DNA from: Candidatus Kaiserbacteria bacterium
Lineage (GTDB): Bacteria; Patescibacteriota; Minisyncoccia; Phycocordibacterales; Phycocordibacteraceae
DNA: 64,000 nt
Direction: 5' to 3'
Assembly: GCA_963699165.1 (NCBI GenBank)
Contig: OY969413.1
Location: 852,562-916,561, forward strand
Shown here: piece after piece, positions 55,786-64,000 of the stretch
Layout: each line of letters begins with the position of its first letter
Numbering within the stretch: position 1 is the first letter of the stretch
The notes under the pieces: generated by a model
Databases searched by the model: none
Told to the model about the DNA's origin: nothing
Seen by the model: the letters and a program-made list of their open reading frames with translations, nothing else
Position numbers and translations under genes: made by a program

Positions 55786-57195
55786 GTGCATAGAGCGTGC
55801 GAGTGCGTTACGATTCTCTTGATGGACGCGTCGGCGCATTTTCGCGGCAAGCGTATAACAGTCATGGGACTCGGCCTGTTGGGCAGGGGTGTTGGTGATG
55901 CCCGATATTTGGCGCAGTGCGGCGCGGAACTCATCGTGACCGACTTAAAGTCACGAGAAGAGCTTGTCGAATCGGTCGCGCAGCTCGAATCGTTTCCAAA
56001 CATCACGTTTGTGCTGGGTGAACATCGGCTCGAGGATTTTCGCGACCGCGACATGATTTTGAAGGCGGCAGGAGTGCCGCTTGATTCTCCGTACATTGCC
56101 GAGGCCAAGAAGAACGGCATTCCCGTGCGAATGAGCACCGATTTGTTTGCCGAGATTTCGCAGCTACCAATCATCGGCATCACGGGGACGCGCGGGAAAT
56201 CGTCTGTGACGCACATGCTTTTCAATATTCTCAATACGGCGTACGAGCTTGGCCTAAACCTCTCCGAAGGAGAGGTCGGCCGAACAGGTTTGCTTCGCAA
56301 ACCTGTTTTAGGCGGGAACGTTCGCGGCGTTTCGACGCTTGCACTTTTGAATGAAGCATCGCCGGATTGCACGGCGATTCTCGAGCTCGACTCGTGGCAA
56401 TTGCAGGGCTTTGGGGAAGCAAAAATAAGTCCGCATATTGCGGTATTTACGACGCTGTATTCCGACCATTTGAATTACTATAAAAATGACCTGGGCGCGT
56501 ATCTTGCGGACAAGGCAAACATATTTATCCATCAGTCGGAAAGCGACACGCTCGTGCTTGGCAAACAGTGCGCGCCGACGATTATCGACCGCTATGGCGA
56601 GCAGATTGAATCGAAAATAATCGTAGCCGATGAATTGAAGCTTCCCGACACGTGGATACTTCGCGTGCCGGGCCGGCATAATCGATACAATGCCGCGCTC
56701 GCGCTCGCTGCCGCTCGCGCGTACGGCATTTCCGACGACATAAGCAAATCGGCACTTGAAAAATTCCCGGGCGTGCCCGGCCGTCTTGAATTCATCGCCG
56801 AAAAAAACGGCGTGAAAATCTACAACGATACGACTGCCACGACACCTGACGCCACGCTTGCTGCGCTTGATGCTCTGCAAAGTGTTGCGCCATCAGGCAT
56901 CATTTTGATTATGGGCGGGGCAGACAAAGGACTCGAAATGGATGCGCTTCTCTCCGCGCTTCCGGAGGCAACCAAGCGTGTCATTTTGCTTTCCGGCACC
57001 GGCACCGACCGCATTAAAGACGCAGTCCAAGGGGGTATGATATATCATACCCTTTCTGACGCGGTTGCCTCGGCGTTTGCGGATGCGGTGCAGGGCGACA
57101 TAATCTTGTTTTCGCCGGCCTTCGCATCGTTCGGCATGTTTAAAAACGAATACGACCGCGGCGACCAGTTTAATGCGGTCGTGCAGAGTCTATGA
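55786..57195 (+). CDS. murD: UDP-N-acetylmuramoylalanine--D-glutamate ligase
   Basis: GKRITVMGLGLLGRGVGDARYL (Rossmann N-term), GITGTRGKSS (P-loop), Mur ligase middle and C-terminal domains. Possible internal start at 55819. Confidence 0.85.
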   Translation: MHRACECVTILLMDASAHFRGKRITVMGLGLLGRGVGDARYLAQCGAELIVTDLKSREELVESVAQLESFPNITFVLGEHRLEDFRDRDMILKAAGVPLDSPYIAEAKKNGIPVRMSTDLFAEISQLPIIGITGTRGKSSVTHMLFNILNTAYELGLNLSEGEVGRTGLLRKPVLGGNVRGVSTLALLNEASPDCTAILELDSWQLQGFGEAKISPHIAVFTTLYSDHLNYYKNDLGAYLADKANIFIHQSESDTLVLGKQCAPTIIDRYGEQIESKIIVADELKLPDTWILRVPGRHNRYNAALALAAARAYGISDDISKSALEKFPGVPGRLEFIAEKNGVKIYNDTTATTPDATLAALDALQSVAPSGIILIMGGADKGLEMDALLSALPEATKRVILLSGTGTDRIKDAVQGGMIYHTLSDAVASAFADAVQGDIILFSPAFASFGMFKNEYDRGDQFNAVVQSL

Positions 57196-57773
57196 GCGCG
57201 CCCAAAGACCTTGTCTATATCGACGAGTACGGCCTTCTCGGCAGTAATTTTTATTGGCACAAATACGCTGCGCACGGGCTGTCGAAGGAAGACATTTTAA
57301 ATGCCGGTCTTACGAGCGACCGCGTGCAGGTCAGCGAAAAAATTATCGACATTCTGGTGCGGATAGACACGGAGTTGCGGCAGCAAGGGCGCCGGCTCTA
57401 TATCAAAGAAGGGTATCGTTCAAAGGATTTGTACAACATCGTTTACAAACGGCGTGTCGCAAAATACGGAAAGGAAATAACCGATACCATTTTGAATGTG
57501 GAAGCGATGCCGCACGCGCTCGGACTATCGGTCGATGTTGCGATTTGGGATGTCGAGACGAATCAGGAAATTTATTTGCGCCGCGCAGAGGATGGTGTGC
57601 CCGCATTTTTCATAGGATTTTATAAAGACAAGGACGGTAATGATTCGAAGCGTTATCAAGAGCTGCAGGACGCGCTGGCGGAAGTAATGCTTCGGCACGG
57701 TTTTCGCTTCGGTTCAAAGAAAGAATATTTTCACTACGATTATCGGCCCGAGCTTCCACCGTCGTATTTATGA
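57192..57773 (+). CDS. D-alanyl-D-alanine dipeptidase (M15D, VanX/DdpX-like)
   Basis: KEGYRSKDLY (compare DdpX GYRVWDAYRP), PHALGLSVDVAIWD (SxHxxGxAxD zinc site), EYFHYDY (compare EWWHFEW). Start overlaps the murD stop. Confidence 0.65.
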   Translation: MSAPKDLVYIDEYGLLGSNFYWHKYAAHGLSKEDILNAGLTSDRVQVSEKIIDILVRIDTELRQQGRRLYIKEGYRSKDLYNIVYKRRVAKYGKEITDTILNVEAMPHALGLSVDVAIWDVETNQEIYLRRAEDGVPAFFIGFYKDKDGNDSKRYQELQDALAEVMLRHGFRFGSKKEYFHYDYRPELPPSYL

Positions 57774-58252
57774 GCAAAAAGAAAATCAAGCACATACTCG
57801 TGAGCGCATATTACACGGTCATCAACCCGTTTAGAACACTGTATTGTTTTGTCTTTCGGCCGCCGGTGCGGGGAGCGAAAGCAGTGATATTTTGCGAAGA
57901 CAAAGTGCTTCTGGCGCGAATTTCCTACGGCCATAAACGATGGACATTCCCGGGCGGCGGCGTCGGAAAGAATGAAAGCTTTCGGGACGGTGCATTGCGG
58001 GAAATGAAAGAGGAGGTCGGGATAGAGGCGGACAGCGCCGAATTTTTCTACGAATATCACGGCACATGGCAATACTGCGCTCATACGGTGCAATGTTTTG
58101 CAGTCCATGTTTCAAAGCCCGATTTTGTCATTGATGAGCAGGAGATTGTTGAGGCGGCATGGTTTCATCCCGACAATCTTCCGGAAAATATCCGTCCGAG
58201 TGTAAAAGAAGTGCTTTTGAAGTACAGTGATTGGGCGAAGAATAAATCATGA
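57770..58252 (+). CDS. NUDIX hydrolase
   Basis: Nudix box GGGVGKNESFRDGALREMKEEVGI (Gx5Ex7REUxEExGU). Confidence 0.8.
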   Translation: MSKKKIKHILVSAYYTVINPFRTLYCFVFRPPVRGAKAVIFCEDKVLLARISYGHKRWTFPGGGVGKNESFRDGALREMKEEVGIEADSAEFFYEYHGTWQYCAHTVQCFAVHVSKPDFVIDEQEIVEAAWFHPDNLPENIRPSVKEVLLKYSDWAKNKS

Positions 58253-59520
58253 AAAAAATTCATTTTATCGGCATCGGAGGCATAGGCATGAGCGCGCTTG
58301 CGCAGATGCTGGCGGAGCAGGGAGTGCAAGTGAGCGGTTCGGACCGCGAAGAGAGTCCCGTGAGCGAGTTGCTGGAGTCAAAGGGCATTCACGTCATCAT
58401 TGGGCAAAAAGCGGAGAATGTGCCGACGGACGCGGATTGCGTTGTGTACAGTGACGCCGTGCCCGCGGACAATCCGGAGCGCGCGCGGGCTTTGGAGCTC
58501 GGCATCGAACAGCACTCGTATTTTGAGATGCTCGGAAAGGTTTCGGAAGGGAAGCGGACGATTGCGGTTGCCGGAACGCACGGGAAAACGACAACATCGG
58601 GGATGCTCGCGAGGATTTTGCACGATGCGGGCGCAGAGCCGTCTGCGGTCATCGGGTCAATCGTGAAGGACTTCAAATCGAATTATTTGCATGGGAATTC
58701 AAATACATTCGTTGTGGAGGCGTGCGAATACCGCGACCATTTGCTCGAACTTTCTCCGCAGGTGCTTGTCATAAATAATCTTGAATGGGACCACACCGAT
58801 TATTTTCACTCGCTCGAAGCGTTGCAGGAGACGTTTCGAAAAGCGATTGCAAAGGTACCGGAGGGTGGCGCCATTGTGACAAATCCGCACGATAAAAATA
58901 TTGCACCCCTGCTCGACGCGGCGAAGGCACGGATTGTCGATTATACGAAAGAGCCGGCATACGAACTTCGCTTGCCCGGAGAATTCAACCGGAACAATGC
59001 CCGCGCGGCCGCAGCGGCCGCGCGCATCGCGCTCCCGGGAATCACCGACGCCGCCATTTCCTCCGCGCTCGCCGATTTCCACGGCATGTGGCGCCGCTTT
59101 GAATACAAGGGCAAGTCTGCAACGGGAGCTGATGTGTACGATGATTATGCGCATCATCCGACCGCAGTGAAAGAAACATTGAAAGCATTGCGCGAAAAAA
59201 CCAAAGGGAAAATCTTTGTTGCTTTTCAGCCCCACCTCTTTAGTCGCACGCACGATTTACTAGCGGAATTCGCACAAGCATTTGGAGATGCCGACGACGT
59301 TTTTCTGGCTCCTATATACGCCGCTCGTGAGAAAGATGATGGAACGGTGTCGAGCGATCTCCTTGCCGCGCTTATTTGTGCGCAGGGTACGGATGCTCGA
59401 GCATATAAATCCTTTTCTGAAATCGAACAAGCACTTTCACTGGCGAGAGGGGGAGACGTCATCATGACCATGGGCGCAGGCGATATCTACAAAATAGCAG
59501 ACGCCTTGACGCATCGTTAA
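58249..59520 (+). CDS. murC: UDP-N-acetylmuramate--L-alanine ligase
   Basis: MKKIHFIGIGGIGMSALAQML (Rossmann), AVAGTHGKTTT (P-loop), Mur ligase C-terminal domain. Confidence 0.85.
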   Translation: MKKIHFIGIGGIGMSALAQMLAEQGVQVSGSDREESPVSELLESKGIHVIIGQKAENVPTDADCVVYSDAVPADNPERARALELGIEQHSYFEMLGKVSEGKRTIAVAGTHGKTTTSGMLARILHDAGAEPSAVIGSIVKDFKSNYLHGNSNTFVVEACEYRDHLLELSPQVLVINNLEWDHTDYFHSLEALQETFRKAIAKVPEGGAIVTNPHDKNIAPLLDAAKARIVDYTKEPAYELRLPGEFNRNNARAAAAAARIALPGITDAAISSALADFHGMWRRFEYKGKSATGADVYDDYAHHPTAVKETLKALREKTKGKIFVAFQPHLFSRTHDLLAEFAQAFGDADDVFLAPIYAAREKDDGTVSSDLLAALICAQGTDARAYKSFSEIEQALSLARGGDVIMTMGAGDIYKIADALTHR

Positions 59521-59576
59521 GTTCGTGCTTAGATACAGAACAGGTGCTCTCTGGTGGAGCACAGAAAGGTTTTAGG

Positions 59577-60887
59577 ATGCGCAAGTTATCTAAAAGAATC
59601 TGGGCTCTTGATCCGCGCGCCGTAGAAGAGGCGCGGAAATTGTACGAGGCAGATCCGGAGGGACAGTTGGTCGCATGGATGAGCGTCTTGTACAGCTTTC
59701 GCCATATTCCGTCGTGTGAGCTCGAGCTGGATAATCTGGTATACGACGGTTTTAATCGAGCATGGTCGCCCGACAGACTCATGAACAATTATCATGTCTA
59801 TGATAATGCTGACCAACTTGATGTGCTCTCGACCATCTTTGTATGGTTCGTTAAGCGACATAAATTTGCCGGCACGATTCTCGAATGGTGCAATCTAATC
59901 GCATGGCAGTTAGGGAAAGATCCCGGTAGCTATCAAGGCACGTTCGCAAAGTTTACCGGTCAGATTTTACAAATTCAGCAGAGCGGAAACGATGGCATTA
60001 TACGACTCTCGGTTACCGACGAGGGATATGGTATTTGGAGTCCGAATGATGTTGTGTATGTCGAGTATCATCAAGCCACTACAGCAGTCAACGGTGACAT
60101 AGTAACAATATACGGAATGCTTAACGGTTCCACTACCTATACTTCACAGGCCAATTATCAAATCACTCTACCAGATATGGTCGCCTGTGCTGTGGGAGCT
60201 ATTCCAGCTGCGACTACTTCGTCCGCATCCAATTCTCCAACAAATACAAAAATGACTCCGACACCGGTGAGCAACACAAATGCGACGGCTAATACCGTCG
60301 CATCGACGCCTCCGACACCGTCTGCTCCAGCATCCCCAACGTGCACGCTCTCGCTGTCCCCGACTTCAATAGTCGGCGGTAATTCAGCCACGCTTTCGTG
60401 GACGACTACAAATACCACTTCACTATCTTTAGATCACGGCATCAATTTCGTTTCTCCGATATCTTCGGGTTCTACCTCCGTTTCGCCTCCTGCCGGTACG
60501 ACCTACACTGGCACCGCGACGGGTCCAGGCGGCAGTGTGATTTGCACAGGAAGTATTGCGGTCACTGCTCCTGCAACTTGGCATACTACGGTCACCTATA
60601 ATGGTGGCACAGATACCAAGACATCTCCATTCACGATGAATGGGACCGAGTGGCGCATCACATACAGTTGTTCGCCCACTGACACCAGTGATTCAACAAG
60701 TGATCTCTTTGGGTCCATTGAATCTACGAATGGAGAACTTTCCGGTTTCGACAATTTCGCCAATGATGCACAATGTCCAGTTTCGAATAGCGTTTCCTAC
60801 GTCTATGCTCAAACGCCAGGACAATACTATCTAGACATAGGTCCGATTAATTCAAGTTACACAGTAACTGTCGAGGATCTCTACTAA
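59577..60887 (+). CDS. hypothetical protein with S/T-rich and Ig-like beta regions
   Basis: N-terminal about 180-aa globular part (no signal peptide seen), poly-S/T/P linker (…TTSSASNSPTNTKMTPTPVSNTNATANTVASTPPTPSAPASPTCT…), then beta-rich repeats. Start at the ATG at 59577. Confidence 0.45.
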   Translation: MRKLSKRIWALDPRAVEEARKLYEADPEGQLVAWMSVLYSFRHIPSCELELDNLVYDGFNRAWSPDRLMNNYHVYDNADQLDVLSTIFVWFVKRHKFAGTILEWCNLIAWQLGKDPGSYQGTFAKFTGQILQIQQSGNDGIIRLSVTDEGYGIWSPNDVVYVEYHQATTAVNGDIVTIYGMLNGSTTYTSQANYQITLPDMVACAVGAIPAATTSSASNSPTNTKMTPTPVSNTNATANTVASTPPTPSAPASPTCTLSLSPTSIVGGNSATLSWTTTNTTSLSLDHGINFVSPISSGSTSVSPPAGTTYTGTATGPGGSVICTGSIAVTAPATWHTTVTYNGGTDTKTSPFTMNGTEWRITYSCSPTDTSDSTSDLFGSIESTNGELSGFDNFANDAQCPVSNSVSYVYAQTPGQYYLDIGPINSSYTVTVEDLY

Positions 60888-60924
60888 TGTCTCATCAATA
60901 AATTACCAAATTAACTTTCACGCC

Positions 60925-62658
60925 ATGCTTACCGCCACACAAGTCGCCGCCATCATCATGCTTCTCAATGCGTTCGGCGTATCTTCGAGCGTCGTGGCTC
61001 TCGTACAAAACGAACTCACCCAACCGACAGTACAGATCCCTCAAGCCAAGACGGCTCCAACACCTGTGCCTTCCGCAAGTTTGACGTACGCTCCAGTCTC
61101 GGTCGCGCAGTATACATCGGATCCGCTCGGCTATCTCGGCAAATCGATCGTCATTACCGGCATGGTGAATACGCTCATGCCGCGTACCGGAAGTAGCGGC
61201 TCGACGAATTACATCCAAATTATTAATCCGTTCGATCCCTCGCAACCGAAAATTCAATTGGAAGTCGATGACAATTCCGCATACAGCGCAGCCGCCAGTT
61301 CGCTTCAGGACAAGAGCAGTCCGATACTCCAGTTTGTGCAGGCATATGGCACCGCCGTATCCAGCCAAGCATTCACCATGACGACTTTATTCGGAAGTCA
61401 GACAGTGATGCTGCCGGTCGTGAATATAACTCGTATCGACAAGTGCTTGCACGGTTCGATGAAAACAACAGTCCTTACGGGTTCGAGCTTCGACGAAAAC
61501 TTTAAATGTTCGAGTTGGATAACATTAAGCCCATCCACGATTACAGTAACTCCTGCGCCTGTTATCGTCACTCCCGCGCCGCAGCCAACAACCCCAGCAT
61601 CAACCCCGGCACCAGCATCGCCAGTGCTTCTTTCCTCTTGCACAATATCGTATGTAACTCCCGATATATCTGTTACTAAAGTCGTCGGCGGGTGGAACTT
61701 CAACGTTCCTTGGACTGCGACAAACGCCAGCGAGGTGGATCTAACCTCAGATGGAGGGACAATTTATTTCCCACTAAGTTTGGGCCTGCCAAAACAGAAT
61801 GGCAATAACACCTCAGGAAATTATTTCTCTGGCACGCTGACTGAAAATGGGAACTATTCCACTACCGCTAGAACATACACTTTGCGAGTTCACGGCATGC
61901 AAGGATATTCTGACAGTTCTTGTTCCGTGGTCGTTCCACCGTACGCGGGAATCTCAATTGCGGGCGCAACACCCACTCCACTCGACTCAGACGCAACTCT
62001 AAAAACATTGACGGTCAACGGAACGCCAGTATCAGGATTCAACGCAAGCACATATACGTATACCGTTCTATTGCCAGCAGGCACACTTCAATCTCCGAGC
62101 GTTGTCGCAACGCCGAATGATTCAACCGCCACAGATGCCATCACGCAGGCAACAAACTCGCTCGGAACGGCGACGGTGGTGGTGACAGCGCAAAATGGTA
62201 CGTCTCGAAGTTACACTCTCAACTTTAGGCCGTCAGACGCTGGGCAGTGCAATTTCAACGGTAACATCTTCTATTGCGAGTCCAATCCAAGCATAACCAT
62301 CAGCCCGCTCTCTCTTCCGAATGCAACGGTCGGTATCAGCTACAATCAGCCCGTCACTATCACCGATCCAGATACTTCGTCTCAGAACTTCAGATGGAAC
62401 GGCATCTCGGGAACATTTCCGCCAGGTCTAGGCTTCGTATTCTCTCCGACCATGGCGTTCGAATGCTCCGGCACCTACTGTTTCTTCACGTCGCCACCGA
62501 GCGGTGTGATAGTTCCAGCGAACACTCCGGGCATGTTTTTCGGGACGCCAATAACTGCCGGAACTTATACCTTCACGCTCCAAGCCATCGACAATTTGAA
62601 TTACATATCTCTGCCGACGTTCACATTGACGGCCACCAACACAATTGGCAACGAGTAG
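60925..62658 (+). CDS. secreted hypothetical protein with P/T-rich linker and beta-rich repeats
   Basis: Signal peptide (MLTATQVAAIIMLLNAFGVSSSVVALV), PAPVIVTPAPQPTTPASTPAPASP linker, then repeated T/S/N-rich modules. Confidence 0.5.
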   Translation: MLTATQVAAIIMLLNAFGVSSSVVALVQNELTQPTVQIPQAKTAPTPVPSASLTYAPVSVAQYTSDPLGYLGKSIVITGMVNTLMPRTGSSGSTNYIQIINPFDPSQPKIQLEVDDNSAYSAAASSLQDKSSPILQFVQAYGTAVSSQAFTMTTLFGSQTVMLPVVNITRIDKCLHGSMKTTVLTGSSFDENFKCSSWITLSPSTITVTPAPVIVTPAPQPTTPASTPAPASPVLLSSCTISYVTPDISVTKVVGGWNFNVPWTATNASEVDLTSDGGTIYFPLSLGLPKQNGNNTSGNYFSGTLTENGNYSTTARTYTLRVHGMQGYSDSSCSVVVPPYAGISIAGATPTPLDSDATLKTLTVNGTPVSGFNASTYTYTVLLPAGTLQSPSVVATPNDSTATDAITQATNSLGTATVVVTAQNGTSRSYTLNFRPSDAGQCNFNGNIFYCESNPSITISPLSLPNATVGISYNQPVTITDPDTSSQNFRWNGISGTFPPGLGFVFSPTMAFECSGTYCFFTSPPSGVIVPANTPGMFFGTPITAGTYTFTLQAIDNLNYISLPTFTLTATNTIGNE

Positions 62659-62684
62659 ACATCGTCACTGAAGATTGTCACTAA

Positions 62685-64000
62685 TTATCTTCCCCGCATC
62701 ATCTTGTTGAAGATATCGCGCTCTTCATTCTTGATTCGTTCCTTAGCTATGCGCTTTGCCTCCTCCGCTCTTATAAGAAGATTCTGTGCGGGATTGTATC
62801 CACCTCTCGTTGTTTCCTGCTTTACGATAAGTTCTTGGTCGGCATCCTTCTCGTTTAACGGATATGGCGGCGGAGACGTATATGAACCTTCTGGAATGCG
62901 AATCTTTCCCGCCAAACGATCGCGCATTTCCGAAAACGCAAACCATAGCGCCATCAGTGCATCGCCAGTGTGGCCATCGGGGAACGCTCGCATTTCATTT
63001 ACGAGTTGCGCGACGAGTTGTCGCGTTCGCGCGTCTTTTGGACTATTCGGAAGGATAAATTTTCCTTGCTCGAACAGCACGGCCAAACTGTTCACGCCAA
63101 TCGCCGGATCATTTTTCTCCGCACCGGTCTTATAACTGGTGACAATCACACCCGATTCGCCCAAGTCGCGATACATCATTTCCTGAAATCCGTTCGTCTC
63201 GACACGAGTTGCGGTCGGTCTCACGATCGCTTCATTGCGGATGACCATATCGCACGTTTCTTTCGGTGAGAACTTCCCGCGCCGTATGTTGCGAAGCACA
63301 TAGTCGCCGACTTTAAAAGTTCCGTCCGTTGAGCCGCGGAGAACACGGTCGAGCGTGAGAAGAACGGTGTCGTCATTCCAATTCTCGGTAGCGATAGCGA
63401 GATCGAGACCAGCGGTTGTCATTTCCGCGTCATACTCGGTATACGGCGCGTCTTGCAAGATCAAGTCCTTGCCCTTAGCAAGTGCTGCTTCAATGTCCTT
63501 CTCAAGGAACTTCTGATTCGGGCGGATTGAAGGATCACACATATACATGCGTGCGAAGGCATATGGATTGGCGATGCGTTTCAGATAAAGATCTCCATAT
63601 GAGAACCGCTCCGGCCAGAGCACTTCTATACCTTCCTCCATCTCCGCCTTATGCTCGGCACGATACTCGCTCGCTTTCGCAGTTTTTTCTTCGGGTGAAA
63701 GAGATTCATCGAGATGGATATTTGCCCATTCCTGCCAGAGATCTTGTCGGTTCGCTTCATGGAGTATCGATGGCACACGCTTCCTAACTTGGAACTGCGG
63801 ATCCTTGAGCAGATTATTCATCAAGTCGTCCATGTGCCATGTGTTGCCAAGACAGATGAGACGACCGTCCGTCATTAAGACCGGCAGAAGCGTCGTGTAT
63901 ACCCAATCCTTGATCTTCGCACGCTGCTCCTCGGTCGCGGCGTTTTCCTGCGTCACCACGTCATCAAGAATGATGATATCGGCACGCTTGGAAACAATTG
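62685..64000 (-). CDS. phage terminase large subunit (TerL), N-terminus beyond window
   Basis: The ORF track starts this CDS at 63959, but the frame reads on to 64000: …ADIIILDDVV (Walker B)…LICLGNTWHMDDL…; C-terminal RNase-H-like nuclease with …ETNGFQ… and …PDGHTGDALMALWFAF (HDDxxDAL-type motif). The reading frame continues through the window's 3' end. Confidence 0.7.
   Translation of the reverse strand, partial: IVSKRADIIILDDVVTQENAATEEQRAKIKDWVYTTLLPVLMTDGRLICLGNTWHMDDLMNNLLKDPQFQVRKRVPSILHEANRQDLWQEWANIHLDESLSPEEKTAKASEYRAEHKAEMEEGIEVLWPERFSYGDLYLKRIANPYAFARMYMCDPSIRPNQKFLEKDIEAALAKGKDLILQDAPYTEYDAEMTTAGLDLAIATENWNDDTVLLTLDRVLRGSTDGTFKVGDYVLRNIRRGKFSPKETCDMVIRNEAIVRPTATRVETNGFQEMMYRDLGESGVIVTSYKTGAEKNDPAIGVNSLAVLFEQGKFILPNSPKDARTRQLVAQLVNEMRAFPDGHTGDALMALWFAFSEMRDRLAGKIRIPEGSYTSPPPYPLNEKDADQELIVKQETTRGGYNPAQNLLIRAEEAKRIAKERIKNEERDIFNKMMRGR

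Overview
This 64 kb window looks like a high-GC (about 60%) bacterial chromosome segment. Several traits point to a CPR/Patescibacteria-like (Parcubacteria-type) genome (inference): a short RecO, SD-less gene starts, unlinked rRNA genes interrupted by group I introns carrying LAGLIDADG homing endonucleases, and many S/T-rich surface proteins.

Housekeeping content on the + strand includes argS (partial), ileS, recO, glyS, an AI-2E transporter, metG, tatD, rpsF-ssb-rpsR, rplJ-rplL, rodA/ftsW, folD, secDF and a murD / M15 peptidase / Nudix / murC cluster. On the - strand are efp, recA and ftsK. Envelope genes present are a GT4 glycosyltransferase, a polyprenyl-phosphate sugar transferase and an O-antigen-ligase-like/TPR protein.

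The rRNA arrangement is unusual. A 23S-5S unit (about 33100-38334) carries three group I introns, two of them with LAGLIDADG ORFs. It lies 12 kb away from a 16S (about 50688-53842) that carries two LAGLIDADG-bearing introns. tRNA-Pro and tRNA-Ile sit outside any 16S-23S spacer. The 16S 3' tail appears to lack a canonical anti-SD.

Mobile DNA in the window:
- an IS481-like element just upstream of the 23S;
- an IS30-like element upstream of the 16S, whose transposase N-terminus is frameshifted at an A6 run;
- a REP-associated tyrosine transposase (RAYT) preceded by an array of REP-like palindromes and hairpins;
- a phage terminase large subunit (TerL) gene running off the 3' edge.

The most striking unexplained signal is a family of at least 8 short (63-115 bp) palindromic intergenic elements. 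They share 5'-CCCGTTnnAAAT...ATTTnnAACGGG-ATG-3' termini and sit exactly between the stop and start codons of co-directional housekeeping genes, sometimes supplying those codons. One locus has three tandem copies and one copy lies inside an ORF-less 23S intron. A second shared dual-hairpin leader motif occurs twice in the gene-poor argS-ileS interval.
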